A stretch of DNA of 64,000 nucleotides from the human T2T-CHM13v2.0 reference genome, Homo sapiens: assembly GCF_009914755.1 (NCBI RefSeq), contig NC_060928.1; one strand, written 5' to 3'. Below the pieces are notes generated by a model. The model worked only from the letters and a program-made list of their open reading frames with translations. It was not told the origin of the DNA and made no database searches. The number at the start of each line of letters is the position of its first letter. Positions within the stretch are counted from its first letter, which is position 1. This document shows, piece by piece, positions 41,819 through 55,121 of the stretch. The position numbers and the translations under genes were made by a program.

Positions 41819-42098
41819 TTGAGACGGAGTCTCGCTCTGTCACCCAGGCTGGAGTGAAGTGGTGTGATCTTGGCTCACTGCAAGCTCCGCCTCCCAGGTT
41901 CACGCCATTCTGCCTCAGCCTCCCTAATAGCTGGGACTACAGGCACCTGCCACCACGCCCGGCTAATTTTTTGTATTTTTAGTAGACACGGGGTTTCACC
42001 ATGTTAGCCAGGATGGTCTCGATCTCTTGACCTCATGATCCGCCCACCTTGGCCTCCCAAAGTGCTGGGATTACAGGCGTGAGCCACCGCGCCTGGCT
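41792..42098 (-). mobile_element. AluY SINE with (ATTT)n tail
   Basis: AluY-type TGCAAGCTCCGCC, TTCACGCCATTC and TTAGCCAGGATGGTCTCGATCTC. TSD TTAGAGAGATTA at 41780-41791 and 42102-42113. Confidence 0.95.
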
Positions 42099-43437
42099 TT
42101 ATTAGAGAGATTAAAATGATATTCATAAATCCTGCAGGAAGAGCTAATCTGAAACTAAGCCTTTCTGTTACAATCAACTTTACATTTGGCTTATAAGAAA
42201 ACAGAATAAATTATAATCTGATAACATCCCTTCTTTGCAATGTTAGTTGCCCCCAATGTTTTCTTCACGTCTAATTCAGCCCAAGCATTGGTAAAAAGAA
42301 TTGTTTTTATGTTAAAATTGTGAAGTATCCTTTAAAAGAAAATGGTGATACTGCTTTCTTTTATTTTTTTTTCCCTGCATAATGCAAAATTTCCTTGGAA
42401 GTTTAAGAAGTGTTTGTGTTTGTGAAGCTTTCCTGGAAATTCCACTGGAATGCAATACTAATAGATTTTCTACTTATTCTCTGAGAGTTGAAGAATTGCA
42501 CATTTCTTATTGCATTATCTGAATACTATTTTTCAAAACTGTTTTTGAAAATGTAGCGCAGTCCTAATGAAAATAATAAAACCCATATACCTAATACATG
42601 GAAAACCCCCTTCCATTCAGATATAAATGTAGGAATTTCTGGTAGCAGTGTGTTCTTTTCAAAGCCTCCAAGGATTTTTGGGGGGACTGTTTTTTAAGAG
42701 CCTCCACTACAAGGTGAATATGTCCTTAGGGCATAGCTAGAATGACAGCATTATATTTTCCTCTCCTGTCCCCTTACTTCAGCTCACTTTCCATTCTCTC
42801 CTTTCCTCTCCTTTCATTTTTTTGAAACAATTCAGTGAACAGGGAAGATAGGAGTAATGTTGTATGCCTCCCCAGTCAATGATGCTTCCTAATGATGCTG
42901 CATTTACAAAGTTGAGAGAGGAAAGAAACTAGAATAATGTTTATTTTACTCTATCAAACAAAGAATGGTTGTTGGTAAAGGGACTTTACCTCGACTTTCT
43001 TAGAACAAGTCTAATAATCAAACCCCATCAACTCCATGAGATCACAAGGATATGAACATTGAAAGCAACAGAGCTCAGTTAACTCATCACTCAGAGGCAA
43101 GTGAAAAATCAAAGGGGGCCCAGACTCAAGCAGATCCCATGTAGAAGTCAGCTGGCCAAGGGTTCGGTGATAACCTAACCATGCAGTCCTGGCAATGAGA
43201 GGATGTTGCTGCCTTAGAGAGCCCTAGTGTTTACGATGCAAAATATTCTCCCTTGGAGCACTGCTTTAGATGGCACAAAATAACTCTTTATCCCTTCTGG
43301 TCCCAGCTCTTTTGTTTCAGTTCCCCTAACCCCACCCCATCCAAAATTAGAAACTGGAACCTAGGTCATCTCCACTCCACCTTCTTTTGATGCACTGTTG
43401 GTTTTAATTATCTCAGATACCAGTTACTCTGTAATAA

Positions 43438-43852
<415 letters not shown>

Positions 43853-44522
43853 TTGTCTCACATTTAGCACTCAGATTTTGCTAGCTCTTACATTCGTTCA
43901 GGCATAACTGGCGTATGAGCCCAGAAAAAGATGTGGGTGAAAATAAATTGGAATCTCTACACACCCCAATAGTTCCAAACTAAAAATGCGGTGTTTAGTA
44001 AATGGAAATGATCTGTTAGTATGCCTCTGTATCCTGGCTTGAGAGCTATTTCAGTTATGGACTCTGTCTTATTATCACAGTCTCCCCATTGACCAGCCTA
44101 GAACCTAACCCATACCAGGTTTTCATGAAATATTTGTCTATTTGAAATGAAGCCATCACTCACTTTATTTAGATCATTTTATGATAGAAATGATTGATTA
44201 AATGTTCTATTTCTACAGCATTCTCAAATATATAAGAATATAAATACATACTTCCTATAGCTTAAATGTGTATATTTATAAATGTGACTGATATAAATGT
44301 GATTTTTACTCTCTGCATAACCTCTGAGTGATATGGGTCATTTCTAACTTTCCCAAGAGCTTAAAGCACATGAGAAAATCTAGGTTAAGCTCATAGATGA
44401 ATGGATATTTAGACACGAGTGAAATCAGTTCATTGAGGGCAGAGGCAGAATTTACATTGGTGATAGATTTGTAAATACTATTGAAAGGCAAGTCTCAGCT
44501 CTCTTTTGGTAAGTACTCAGGA

Positions 44523-44904
44523 GTCATAAGTTGGGTTCTCTGAGAAGTAGGCTGTGAGATGGTGTTAGAGTGCAAAAGGCTGTTGCTGCACAAGAAGGGA
44601 AGCAAGGAGGGTTGGGCAGGAGAAGCTGTCAGGCTGACACAGGCTTGGCAAAGCCTCTACCAGTGGAAAGGAGAACTCGGTAGATTGCTTGTTAGAGGAA
44701 CCTTGCATTTGATGAACGTGGCCAGATCCTAGTACCATTGTCCCGCTCAGTTGTTAACTTATTAGCTAACAACTTATTAGCTAATCCCCAAAAAGAGTGT
44801 GACCTCAGCAGAGGAGGCTTTTGAGGATCTAATAGCTGGGGGTATCTGGGCATCACATTCATTCTTGAGAGGGGAACTGGTGGGCCCATTTCTGTGTCTG
44901 ACAG
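44523..44904 (-). mobile_element. 3' LTR of ERV-L provirus (LTR40-like)
   Basis: AAGTTGGGTTCTCTGAGAAGTAGG... is homologous to 49549-49931. Adjacent minus-strand GGTGCAAGAGGTGGAC resembles the ERVL polypurine tract. Confidence 0.75.
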
Positions 44905-47900
44905 TGTCCACCTCTTGCACCATTCAGACACACTTCTTGCTCCATTTGTGAAGGCCAACACTTCAAGGGCTCTGGTGGTCCTCTTCTTCTGAGGGTAAAC
45001 CTCTCCTTCTGAGGAGGTTAGTGGGATGAACTGCAGATCCTTGTACTGCAGATGTTTGTGAGTCCACAACTGGTATCCATCATCTATCTCTCTCTTTCAC
45101 TATTATTCTAAATTTCTCTCACTCTCAGTATTTACCTCTTGTGTTCTGTGGCCTATCTGTGTGTGACTCAAGCCCTGATTTCTGAGTGGGGACCTCAGAT
45201 CCAGAAAACTATTTCCTACTTGGGATCCCAAGTAGATCATCCAAGATGGACAATTGTTCCTCTCTGACCCTAATGTGTAGCAGCAGCTCTACCTCCTCCT
45301 ACTGATCAGAGTCACTTGCCTGTGACAAGATGGTGACACCTTTTTTTCTGATGATCCACTGTACAAGGAACACAAAGCGTGCAAGTGGCAGCTGTAGCTT
45401 GGAGTTCATTGGGATTGTCGCACCTCTTTCGGGAAGAAGACCCCTAATCTTGCAGATCCCAAAGGTATGAGTCAAGAAAGCATAGCTTCTCCCAGTGGAT
45501 TGTTGGAGATGATTGTAAGTGGGACCACACCTGCTTCCACCGCTTGTTTATTCTGTAACAATATATTTTTCCTATAGGGGCACAGAGCCACATGAAAAGT
45601 CTCAGATTCAATGTGTATACTAAAAACAGGGGAATTCCCTTCAATCCACACAGGATGTTGTCTCTTAGCTGACCCATCACTGTGCCTTTAGCACACTATT
45701 CCAGCACGCTATCAGGCCATCAACTTTCAGATGATACAACCAGTAGACCCCATGGTCCTGGACCTTCTCCCGTGCCTCTTTCTCTGTAAAAAGATAAAGT
45801 AAATTTTCTGGCTAGATGCCACATGTGTGGGATTCTGTGTCTGTGAATCAGGCATTCTGTGAGCCCATGAATATTTATATGGGCTGAGTCTCTGCAGGCA
45901 GAAAAAGGAAAATTCTACACCTTGAATAGGTATCTGTTCTTGTAGGATGAACTACTGGTCATTTCCAAATGGGAAGGCTACAGTGTCATTGAATGACCAC
46001 CACATATTTTCTTCAAAGAATAGTGCTGTTCCAGGGACTCACTCTTGGTCTCTGCTGTTGTCAAGTCAGTCATAGGCAGCAGTAGCTACATCAGTTTTGG
46101 AATGTGGAAGGGAGTTCATGCTTCTGGATTCGTGACTAGCCTCTATCTCTGCCACTCTGGCTTCTTGGTTTGTGTGGTCATGTCATCATGCCAGTACTGA
46201 GACGGCCACTGACAAAGGCTGCTAATGACAATAAATCATTTTGCCTACTTGGTCACTCAGGGATTCTTCTATGATGGATATGTTCCCATATGTCATTCAC
46301 AGACCTCTATTTCATAATTTATGGTACACAACCCTCTAATTGTTTTCATATTTGGTCCCTGACATGGTAACTAAGTCATTTTCTGACTCTGGAAAATTCT
46401 TGCGCACAAAGTAGATGACCAGTTTTGGTCTGCAAACTCTGCTGAATGGGAATGGGAAGAACTTTTTTCACTATTGTTTCTCAGACATCCCTGAGTGAAG
46501 ATGTAATGCTGCCATGATCCATTTTAGGCCTCCCTCTGCATTCTGAGCCAGGCCATCTGTAAACCAAGCTCAGTCATTTTCATATGTCTTCAGCTGGTCC
46601 TACAAGACTTTCTCCCTCTCCCCTATATGTCTTTGGATGTGTGAAAGGGGAGAGGCACTGATGCCAAGATGATGGGTTACATAGGGTTCTGGGCTACTTG
46701 CACATACAGCTGGATTATGCTCTCATTATCACTTATGCTTTGTCCTGGATGTGCCATTTTTATCTTATGATGAACTGCTGCTGGGCCCTCCAAATTCCCT
46801 GACTTTGCATGGCCAATAAATCATAACTCATGGTCACTTCGAGATTTATGGTCATTTTGGGCCTAATGGTCAAGAGTTCCATTTCTATCAGCACCCAGCA
46901 GCACACTAGGAATTGTTTATAAAAATTGTGCAATTCTCCCCTATGGATGGTATGGCTTGCATGTGAACCCAAGGGGCTTTATAGTGATTTTCTTACTGGG
47001 GCTTGCTATAAACACCACATTGCACATCTCCCACCTCTGGATCTCCACCATTATAGAATCTACCAGGATGTATGACCCAATTGGCAGGGCTGATTTCATG
47101 GCAGCTTGAACCTGATGAAGAATCCTTTCTTGATCTAGGCTCTGCTCTAAAATGGCATTCTTTCATAGCATCCAGTGTATAGGTTACAGTGATGTTCTAG
47201 TTGTGGAAGGTGTCTCCTCTGAACTCAAAGAAGCCCACCAGGTATCGTGTTTCAAATTGTTTCTGATCTTCTTTCCTGTAAGAAATAGAAAAAATGTGCC
47301 AAATAGTTGGCAATAAACCATAGACCTGAAGCTATGTCAAACTGCTCTACTACATCCTCCTGTCATAATTAGAGCTACTACCTGGTTAAGTTTGCCCTAG
47401 TCTATAGTTGTTCTTAATTATTCATCTCATTTCTACAGGTGCCAGACTGTTGAATCAAATCGAGATAAAAAAGAGATCACTAGCCTGCACCCCTTAGATC
47501 TTTAAGAAGTTGACTCATTTCTGCCATTCTGAGATGTATGTAATTCATTCACCATCTTGGCTAGGATAGACAGTTTCTGAAGCTTCCACTCAGCTTTCCT
47601 CACAATGACAGCTGTTAATCCACAGTGCAAGGACCTAAGTATATCAGTCACAGTTATTCATCTGGGGACTGGAAAAATGATCTCCAGCTAGGTCCACAAA
47701 TGCAGCAAATCCAGTGCAAACTGAATTTTGTTAAAGATTTCATTTATTTTCTAAATTCTATATTTCTGCTCTAACAGCTTGGCTTGGATGATGCTTTGGG
47801 TCTCTGGTCTCAATGTCAACTCAATCCTTGAGACATCTGGGGGTTTCTATTTCCCTGGTACATTACCACTTGAATGAAGGACCATAGGTTTTCTGGGGAA

Positions 47901-49548
47901 AGGACCTGGTGAAATTTTTACAGTACATACTTGTAGTGTTGCAGGTTCGTTTCTCCTAGGGATCAGCCCTTTTTTTTAGCCAGTTAGTTCTGTGTCTGGA
48001 AACTGACTAAGGACTGAAAATTAAGCAAGGGGTCATGACATTTTATTAAGGCACCTTCCTCAGCCTCGTGATCATCCATTCTTGTTCTTCTATGGTTATA
48101 ATATATTAAGCATTGCTCTTGTAGGCTGCCAACAGATTTTGCCCTTAGGAGCACTATATTTTATTTACTATCCCCATAACTCTCTATGGGTTCTGGGACA
48201 TTCCCATCTTATTGGTGGTTGTAAGTATGATCCCTGGCTTCTGGCTATTAAGTGATGCTACCTGACCTCTATTTTGGGCCCCATCACCCCATTGTTATCA
48301 GCAACACAATTTTAGGACAGACTCTCCCACTGTTAGCTCATAGAAAACACTCCTGAATGTTTTTGATGGCCGCATTCATCAGTTAGTGAATGGTACATCT
48401 TTTAGGACTTCTCTTGGAATATAATCCTCTGGAAGATGTTCCGTTCCCTTACAATATATCTATTTTAACGTATCCACTTCCTGAGAATTTTGAATTCTTT
48501 CCTCTGGAAATTCAGGCATTTCAAACTCACTCTGTTTGAGTTATTGCTTTTTCCAGGCTTCTAAGAGCTACCCCAAAAGTAATTTTGTGTCACCTCCTGG
48601 GGTTCTTGCCAGAATGTTGACAATGTGTTCCAGTCACATAAACTCACCCCCATTCAGTCCTATTTTCCAGTGACCCTTAATCAAGCATCCTTGAAATACA
48701 GTTTCATATGTGTTTCCCCAGCCTTTGCTGGTTCATGATGGCTGGGCTTTGCAGCTCCTTTTGGATATAGTTCCTTTTCTTTCTTATTTGGCCCTACTTA
48801 CAGGCCTGATGCCCAGAAGAGGATGTGGAGCAGCTATTTGAAAGGTGAATTTCTTATCTTATTTGGGAGAGACCTCTGTATGTTTTACTTCCAGAGCAGA
48901 GTGCTAGCTTTAAAGAGGGACAAGTGGTCACTTAGATAGGTTTGGATGGTTCAGAGAGGCCTGGAGAGTTAAAGTCTTTGGGGACATCTACCCTGAGGTC
49001 CTTATCACATCTGCCAGTGTTCCAGTTTCCCAACTAAGACTCTGACTTTGCATATCAGACCTTCCTGGGTAGAGCATCCAGTACTCATTTACAATAAGCC
49101 AATCTGACTATTCAGACCTGGGCTTGCTCTTTAAGCTTTTCTTTTTACCCATTTCATGAGATAAGAACTTCGTGACAAGCTATGGAAGAGATGCCTCTGA
49201 CTCGCATACTTAGTTTTCAATTTTTGTTAATTGCCCTTAGCTTTTAATTATTTGTCTATAGGGTATCAATGCAATGCAACCTAGTAACATTCATCAATTT
49301 TATTTTTCTTATACCCATCATTTCCCAAATACATGTTATATACCTGAATGTTTGTACAAACCAATGCATCCACTTCTATTGGCAAGCTCCTTCAGCTCAC
49401 TGTGAAAGATTTAGTAATGGGTCATTACCTTGTACCCCTACACCACCTACCACCAGGGATACAGGCTGTCTATCAGCTGGGCAGTGAGCAGTTTGGGGCA
49501 AAAACTCATCTCATCACCTACTTTCTCAGACCTCTCCTGGTCTAACTA
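44905..49548 (-). mobile_element. ERV-L internal region (decayed gag-pol-dUTPase; HERVL40-like)
   Basis: Minus-strand peptides: KQFLVCCWVLIEMELLT (HERV-L RQLLACYWALVETERLT); QLRDNIL..VYTLN..PIGKI (integrase end); PMNSKLQLPLARF..RKKGVTILSQASDSDQ*EEVELLL (dUTPase). Many stops and frameshifts. Confidence 0.85.
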
Positions 49549-49931
49549 GTGTAAGATGGGTTCTTTGAGAAGCAAGCACTGAAATAAATGGGGTTTGGAG
49601 TACAGAAGTTTTATTTGGAAGTAACACCTATGAAAGGAAAAGGGGAGGAAACAGGATTGGACAAGGGGAGACAGATGACAGGCAAAGTCTATGTCAGCCC
49701 AATGGGGAGTTCCAAAGTAAAGATGACCTCTTAAAGGAGCCCCATATTTGACTGAAATGGTGAGGTCCTTATAACACCATAACTTTTCTCAGTCACCACC
49801 TGAAGACAATTCTAGGAAAAGCTAAGTGAGACCTTGGCTCAAAAGAGAAGGCAGACCTTATAGGAGACAAGGCAGTGAGCCTCCTCTGGATAGTGAGTCT
49901 GAGCAATGCATTCTGGAGTTGGCCTCAACTA
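49549..49931 (-). mobile_element. 5' LTR of ERV-L provirus (LTR40-like)
   Basis: AAGATGGGTTCTTTGAGAAGCAAG... is homologous to 44523-44904. Followed on the minus strand by AGTTAGACCAGGAGAGGTCTGAGAAAG, resembling the ERVL primer-binding-site region. Confidence 0.75.
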
Positions 49932-51299
49932 TAATCTTTTTGAGAAAATGTGATGAACTTGCAACAAATGAGGCACTTTCTGTGGTTCATAATATGCAGC
50001 ATAGGTTTCTTAATATAACTCTATCTTTTTTTTCAGGAAATTGGTTAAATATCAAGACTGATTTCCAAGGTACTAAAAAAGAAATCAATATAGTGTTTCT
50101 ACTTACTCAATTTAATAATAACTTTAATATTAAGTAGTATATATTGAATGCATGCGATAAGCCATCGTTCTTACTCTCACAATGGTGGTATTACCATAGA
50201 AGAGACTAAAAGCAAGATTATTAGAGTTAGAAAGACTTAACACCAAGTTGTAAATCTTCCCCTTATTTACAGTTTGATGTTGGGCAACTTACTTACCTTC
50301 TCTGAGCTTCATTTACTGTTTATGGAGTGTCCCTCTACTGCATCCAGGAATAGGCCCACATCTCAGCCTGCGCTGGGAAGTTAGAGACTTGGGCCCTATT
50401 CTCAACTTTGACACCCATTTACTTTGTAATCTTGGGGGAAAAAAAAACAACAAAAAAAAACCACTTAATCTTCTAGCACCTATGTTAATCTCATTAATTT
50501 CTTAAGGTTTGTTTTAGCTTTAGGATTTTATGACTTTCTTTGATAGGCAATTCTTTCCCTTAGAACAAGAGATTTAATCATTAAAATTATGTTTAGTTTG
50601 TCAGAATCAAATTGATCCTCAAATTATATCTAAAATGTGTCAGGAATGTATATCTGGTCCAAATGAACTTGGAAATACCAACTTCCTAGCTGATGATGCC
50701 GAAGTTTGCTTTTTCATACCAGTGAATTCCTCCTACTTTCCAGGAAACAGATTGTTGGTGCTCTGATTTTAGTAAGACAAGGTCACATTATATAGTCACT
50801 TGCGAAGTTGAAGTCGTCAGCCAGGAGATGAACTTTACCCTAAAATCAGTTCAGAATAATGTTGTGTCTGCCTTTTTATTTTTTAATCTTGGTAGGCTTG
50901 CTAGATTCCCTGCAGATGTTTCTCGTTTCAGTTTCCAGAAACATTGTGGGTGATTGATTTGCTGAAATGCGTGACCATTAGCTTGCTTTGCTTCTGATGA
51001 ACGATTTATTCATGGTTGATTACCATCCATTATGCACAGGAGACAGAGTTGTTTTATGCTTATGTTATTTTTGTTTTTATTTGCTGTTAGTGGGTACACA
51101 GTAGACAGTTAGAAAACAGATCTCAATGGTGATAAATGTGTGGTTTGTGCCAAGTCAAAGGACCCAGTTTTTCATCCATGATGATGAAAATTGTTGGCCT
51201 CTTCATGAGCCTTTTTATAAGTACAGTGACATAGAGGTTGAATCTGAGAATTCCAGGAGGCATAAGCAACACTAACATTTTAGCTGTGGCTTTACAATA

Positions 51300-51525
51300 G
51301 CAATGTTCATTTAGGGTTCAGTTTGCGCCAGGCCTGCTTCTAAACATTTAACTTATATTAGCTCATTTAATGCACATGCCAACTCTATGAGTTGGGTACT
51401 ACGATTATTCTCATTTTATAGACAAGAAAGCTGAGACATGGAACTTAAGCAATTATCCTAAAGTTACACAGGGGAATAAGAATTCAACCAGATCCTCTGA
51501 CTCCAAAAGCCAGGTCTTAAACATT
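51300..51525 (-). mobile_element. MIR SINE
   Basis: GCGCCAGGCCTGCTTCTAAACATTT...ATTATTCTCATTTTATAGACAAGAAAGCTGAGAC. Confidence 0.8.
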
Positions 51526-52143
51526 GCATACAATATCACAGTGGAAACATCTTAGAATTATGAATGCCAAGTGCTTCCCTTCATTGACCTTACTCTTTTT
51601 TCTCGACATTCTCCCATCCTCTCAGCTACTCTAAGTACTAGGCCATCATTCAGTCCATGATCGTGTGCAAAGTTTGTCAACACACACACTTGTGCGTGCA
51701 TACACACACACTTGTGCGTGCATGCACACACACAAACACACACACTACACTTGTCATTTGCTATAATGAGTATGCAGACAGCACATCCTTCCTTGTCTTT
51801 GCTGTAACTAGTAGAACTGTATTTGTTTTATAGCACTGCATAATAAATTATCCCAAATTTAGCAACTTAAAACAACACGTATATATTATCTCAGTTTCTG
51901 TGGGTCAGGAGTCCAGGCATGGTTGAGCTGGCCTGCCCAGTGGTCTCTTCAGCCTGCAATCAAGATGTCAGTGCAGTCTGCATTTCCATTTGGAAGCCTG
52001 ACTGGGGAAGCATCTACTTCCAAGCTCACTGAGGTTGTTGGTGACTTAATTTCCTTGAGGCTGTCTGACTAAAAGCCCCAGATTCTTCCTGGATGTTGGC
52101 TGGAGACCACCTTCAGCTCCTATGAGTTGCCCACAGTTCCCAG

Positions 52144-52642
52144 TTGTGGGGGTTATAGGCCTTTGGTCCCCTAAAGTTTCCCTGAAAAAATCACTGGCAT
52201 GAGGCAAGATTGATTTTTAGGAGAAAAGGCATATAAATTTATTTAATGCATATACATGGGAGCCTTCAGAATGAAGACCCAACTTCCCAGTGAATTATGG
52301 AAACATAGATACCATCCTAAGGCCACAGTAAAGAATTCAGACTCAGAATATGCCCAGAACAGATTAACTAGGTAAACCAGGTTTAGTGGCAAGACAGGTT
52401 AAGAGGGAGAGAAAGGAAGAAGCTTGCCTTGCAAAGGTGGCTTTGTTATGTAGATGAAGCCTCCCTCAGAATAGACGGTAAGCATTTGTTTTCAGACTTT
52501 TAGGTGTCAGACTCTCAATCTCTCTCAGATTACGGAAAGGCCCAGAAAGGGGAGGGGGCATGGCTTTGCAAGGCCACTTCTGTTTGCTACCCAAGTAGCA
52601 GTTGTTTCAAAATATATCAAAGAAATATTTTAATTTCCTTAA
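52144..52642 (-). mobile_element. MER4-group ERV1 solo LTR (LTR48/MER72-like)
   Basis: GGAGAAAAGGCATATAAATTTATTTAA..GGGAGCCTTCAGAATGAAGACCCAA and TTTCAAAATATATCAAAGAAATATTT. Subfamily uncertain. Confidence 0.75.
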
Positions 52643-52705
52643 GTGTCATATGGCCCTTTCCAGAGGAATCTCACTCAATGGCTGTTTGCTTCTTCAAGGC
52701 ATGTT

Positions 52706-55112
52706 TTTGTTTGTTTGTTTATTTATTTATGTAACTTTTAAGTTCAGTGTTACAAGTGCAGGTTTGTTATATAGGTGAACTTATGTCACGAGTGTTTGTT
52801 ATACAGATTATTTTATCACCCAGGTATTAAGCCTAGTACCAATTAGTTATTTTCCCTGATCCTCTTCCTCCTGTCAACCTCCACCCTCTGAAAAGGGGTG
52901 TGTTGTTCCCCTCTATGTGTTCACGTGGTCTCATCATTTAGCTCCCACTTGTAAATGAGAACATGTGGTGTTTAGTTTTCTGTTTCTGAGTTAGTTTGCT
53001 AAGGACAATGGCATCCAGCTCCCTCTGTGTCTGTGCAAGGGACATGATCTCATTCTTTTTTATGGCTGTATAGTATTTCATGGTGTATATGTACCATGTT
53101 TTCTTTATCCAGTCTATTATTGACCGGCATTTAGGTTGATTCCATGTCTTTACTACTGTGGATAGTGCTGCAATGAACATTCATGTACATGTGTCTTTAT
53201 AACAGAATGATCCATATTCCTTTGGTAAATAGTCAGTAATGAGGTTGCTGGGTTGAATGCTATTTCTGTCTTTAGGTCTTTGAAGAATTGCCACACTGTC
53301 TTCCACAATGACTGAGCTAATTTACACTCCCACCAACACTGTGTAAGTGTTCTCTTTTCTCCACAACCTTGCCAGTGTCCATTATTTTTTTGACTTTTAG
53401 TAGTAGCCATTCTGATTAGTGTAAAATGGTATCTCATTGTAGTTTTGATTTGCATTTCTCGAATCATCAGTAATATTGAGCATTTTTTCATATAATTGTT
53501 GGCCTCATGTATGTGTTCTTATGACAAGAGTCTGTTCATGCCCTTTGCCAACTTTTTAATGGGATTTTTTTCCTTGTAAATTTGTTTAAATTCATTATAG
53601 ATGCTGGATATTAGACCTTTGTCAGATGCATATTTGCAAAAATTTTCTCCCCATTCTGTAGGTTGTCTGCTTACTCTGTTGATAGTTTCTTTTGCTGTGC
53701 AGAAGCTCTTTAGTTTAATTAGATCCCATTTGTCAATTTTTGCTTTTGTTGTAATTGCTTTTAGCATCTTTGTCATAAAGTCTTTGCCCGTGCCTATGTC
53801 CTGAATGGTATTAGGCTGTCTTCCAGGGTTTTCATAGTTTTGCATTTTACATTTAAGTCTTTAATTCATCTTGAGTTAATTTTTGTATATGGTGTATGGA
53901 GGAGGTCCAGTTTCAATCTTCTGCATATGGCCAGCCACTTATCCCAGCCCCATTTATTGAATAGGGAATGCATTTTCCATTGCTTGTTTTTGTCAGGTTT
54001 GTCAAAGTTCAGATAGTTGTAGGTGTGCAGTCTTATTTCTGGGTTCTCTATTCTGTTTTGTTGGTCTATGTGTCTGTTTTGTGCTAGTACCATGCTGTTT
54101 TGTTTACTGTAGCCCTGTAGTTTGAAGTTGGGTAGCATGATGCCTCCAGCTTTGTTCTTTTTCCTTAGGATTGCCTTGGCTATTTGGGCTCTTTTTTGGT
54201 TCCATATGAGTTTTAAAATAGTTTTCTCTAGTTCTTCGAAGAATGTCAATGGTATTTTAATAAGAATAACATTGAATCTATAAATTGCTTTGCGCAGTGT
54301 AGCCATTTTAACAATATTGATTCTTTCTATCCATGAGCATGGAATGTTCTTACATTTGTTTGTATCATCTCTGATTTCTTTGAGCAGTGGTTTGTAGTTC
54401 TTCTTGTAGGGTTAGCTGTATTCCTAGGTTTTTTATTCTTTTTATGGCAGTTGTGAATTGGAGTTTGTGCATGATTTTGCTCTTCGCTTGGCTTTTGTTT
54501 GTGTACAGGAATGCTGGTGATTTTTGCACATTGATATTATATCTAGAGACTTTGCTGATGTTGTTTATCAGTTTAAGAAGCCTTTGGGCTGAGACTATGG
54601 GGTTTTCTAGATATAAAATCATGTCATCTGCAAACAGGGATAGTTTGACTTTCTGTTTTTTTATTTGGATGTGCTTTATTTCTTTCTTTTGCCTGATTTA
54701 GGTTGAATAGGAGTGGTGAGAGAGGGAATACTTGTCTTGTGCCAGTTTTCAAGGGGAATGCTTCCAGCTTTTGCCCATTTACTCTGATGTCGGCTGTGGG
54801 TTTGTTAGAGACAGCTCTTATTATTTTGAGGTATGTTCCTTCAATATCTAGTTTATTAAGAGTTTTTAACCTGAAGGGATGTTTAATTTTTATCAAAGAC
54901 CTTCTCTGCATCTACTGAGATAATTATGAAGTTTTTGTCTTTAGTTTTGTTCATGTGATGAATCACATTTGATTTGTGCATGTTGAACCAACCTTGCATC
55001 CCAGGGATGAAGCCTAATTGATTGTGGTTGATAAGCTTTTTGATACACTGCTGGATTCAATTTGCCATATTGTGTTTGGAATTTTTGCATTGATGTTTAT
55101 CAGGTATATTGG
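52706..55112 (-). mobile_element. 2.4-kb 5'-truncated L1PA (L1PA13-like) with decayed ORF2 RT/C-terminal coding
   Basis: Minus ORFs [58 protein letters not shown] and REMQIKTTMRYH are L1 ORF2p. TSD AAGGCATGTT at 52696-52705 and 55116-55125. Confidence 0.97.
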
Positions 55113-55121
55113 TCAAAGGCA

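Noticed and set aside
51178-51250. ATGATGA ... CTGA spaced about 65 nt apart, like a C/D box snoRNA
   Set aside because: No convincing terminal stem, C'/D' boxes or recognisable rRNA guide. This motif pair is common by chance.
52938-54911. Cluster of minus-strand ORFs resembling a reverse-transcriptase gene
   Set aside because: These are frameshifted fragments of a 5'-truncated L1 ORF2, not an intact gene or a novel RT system.
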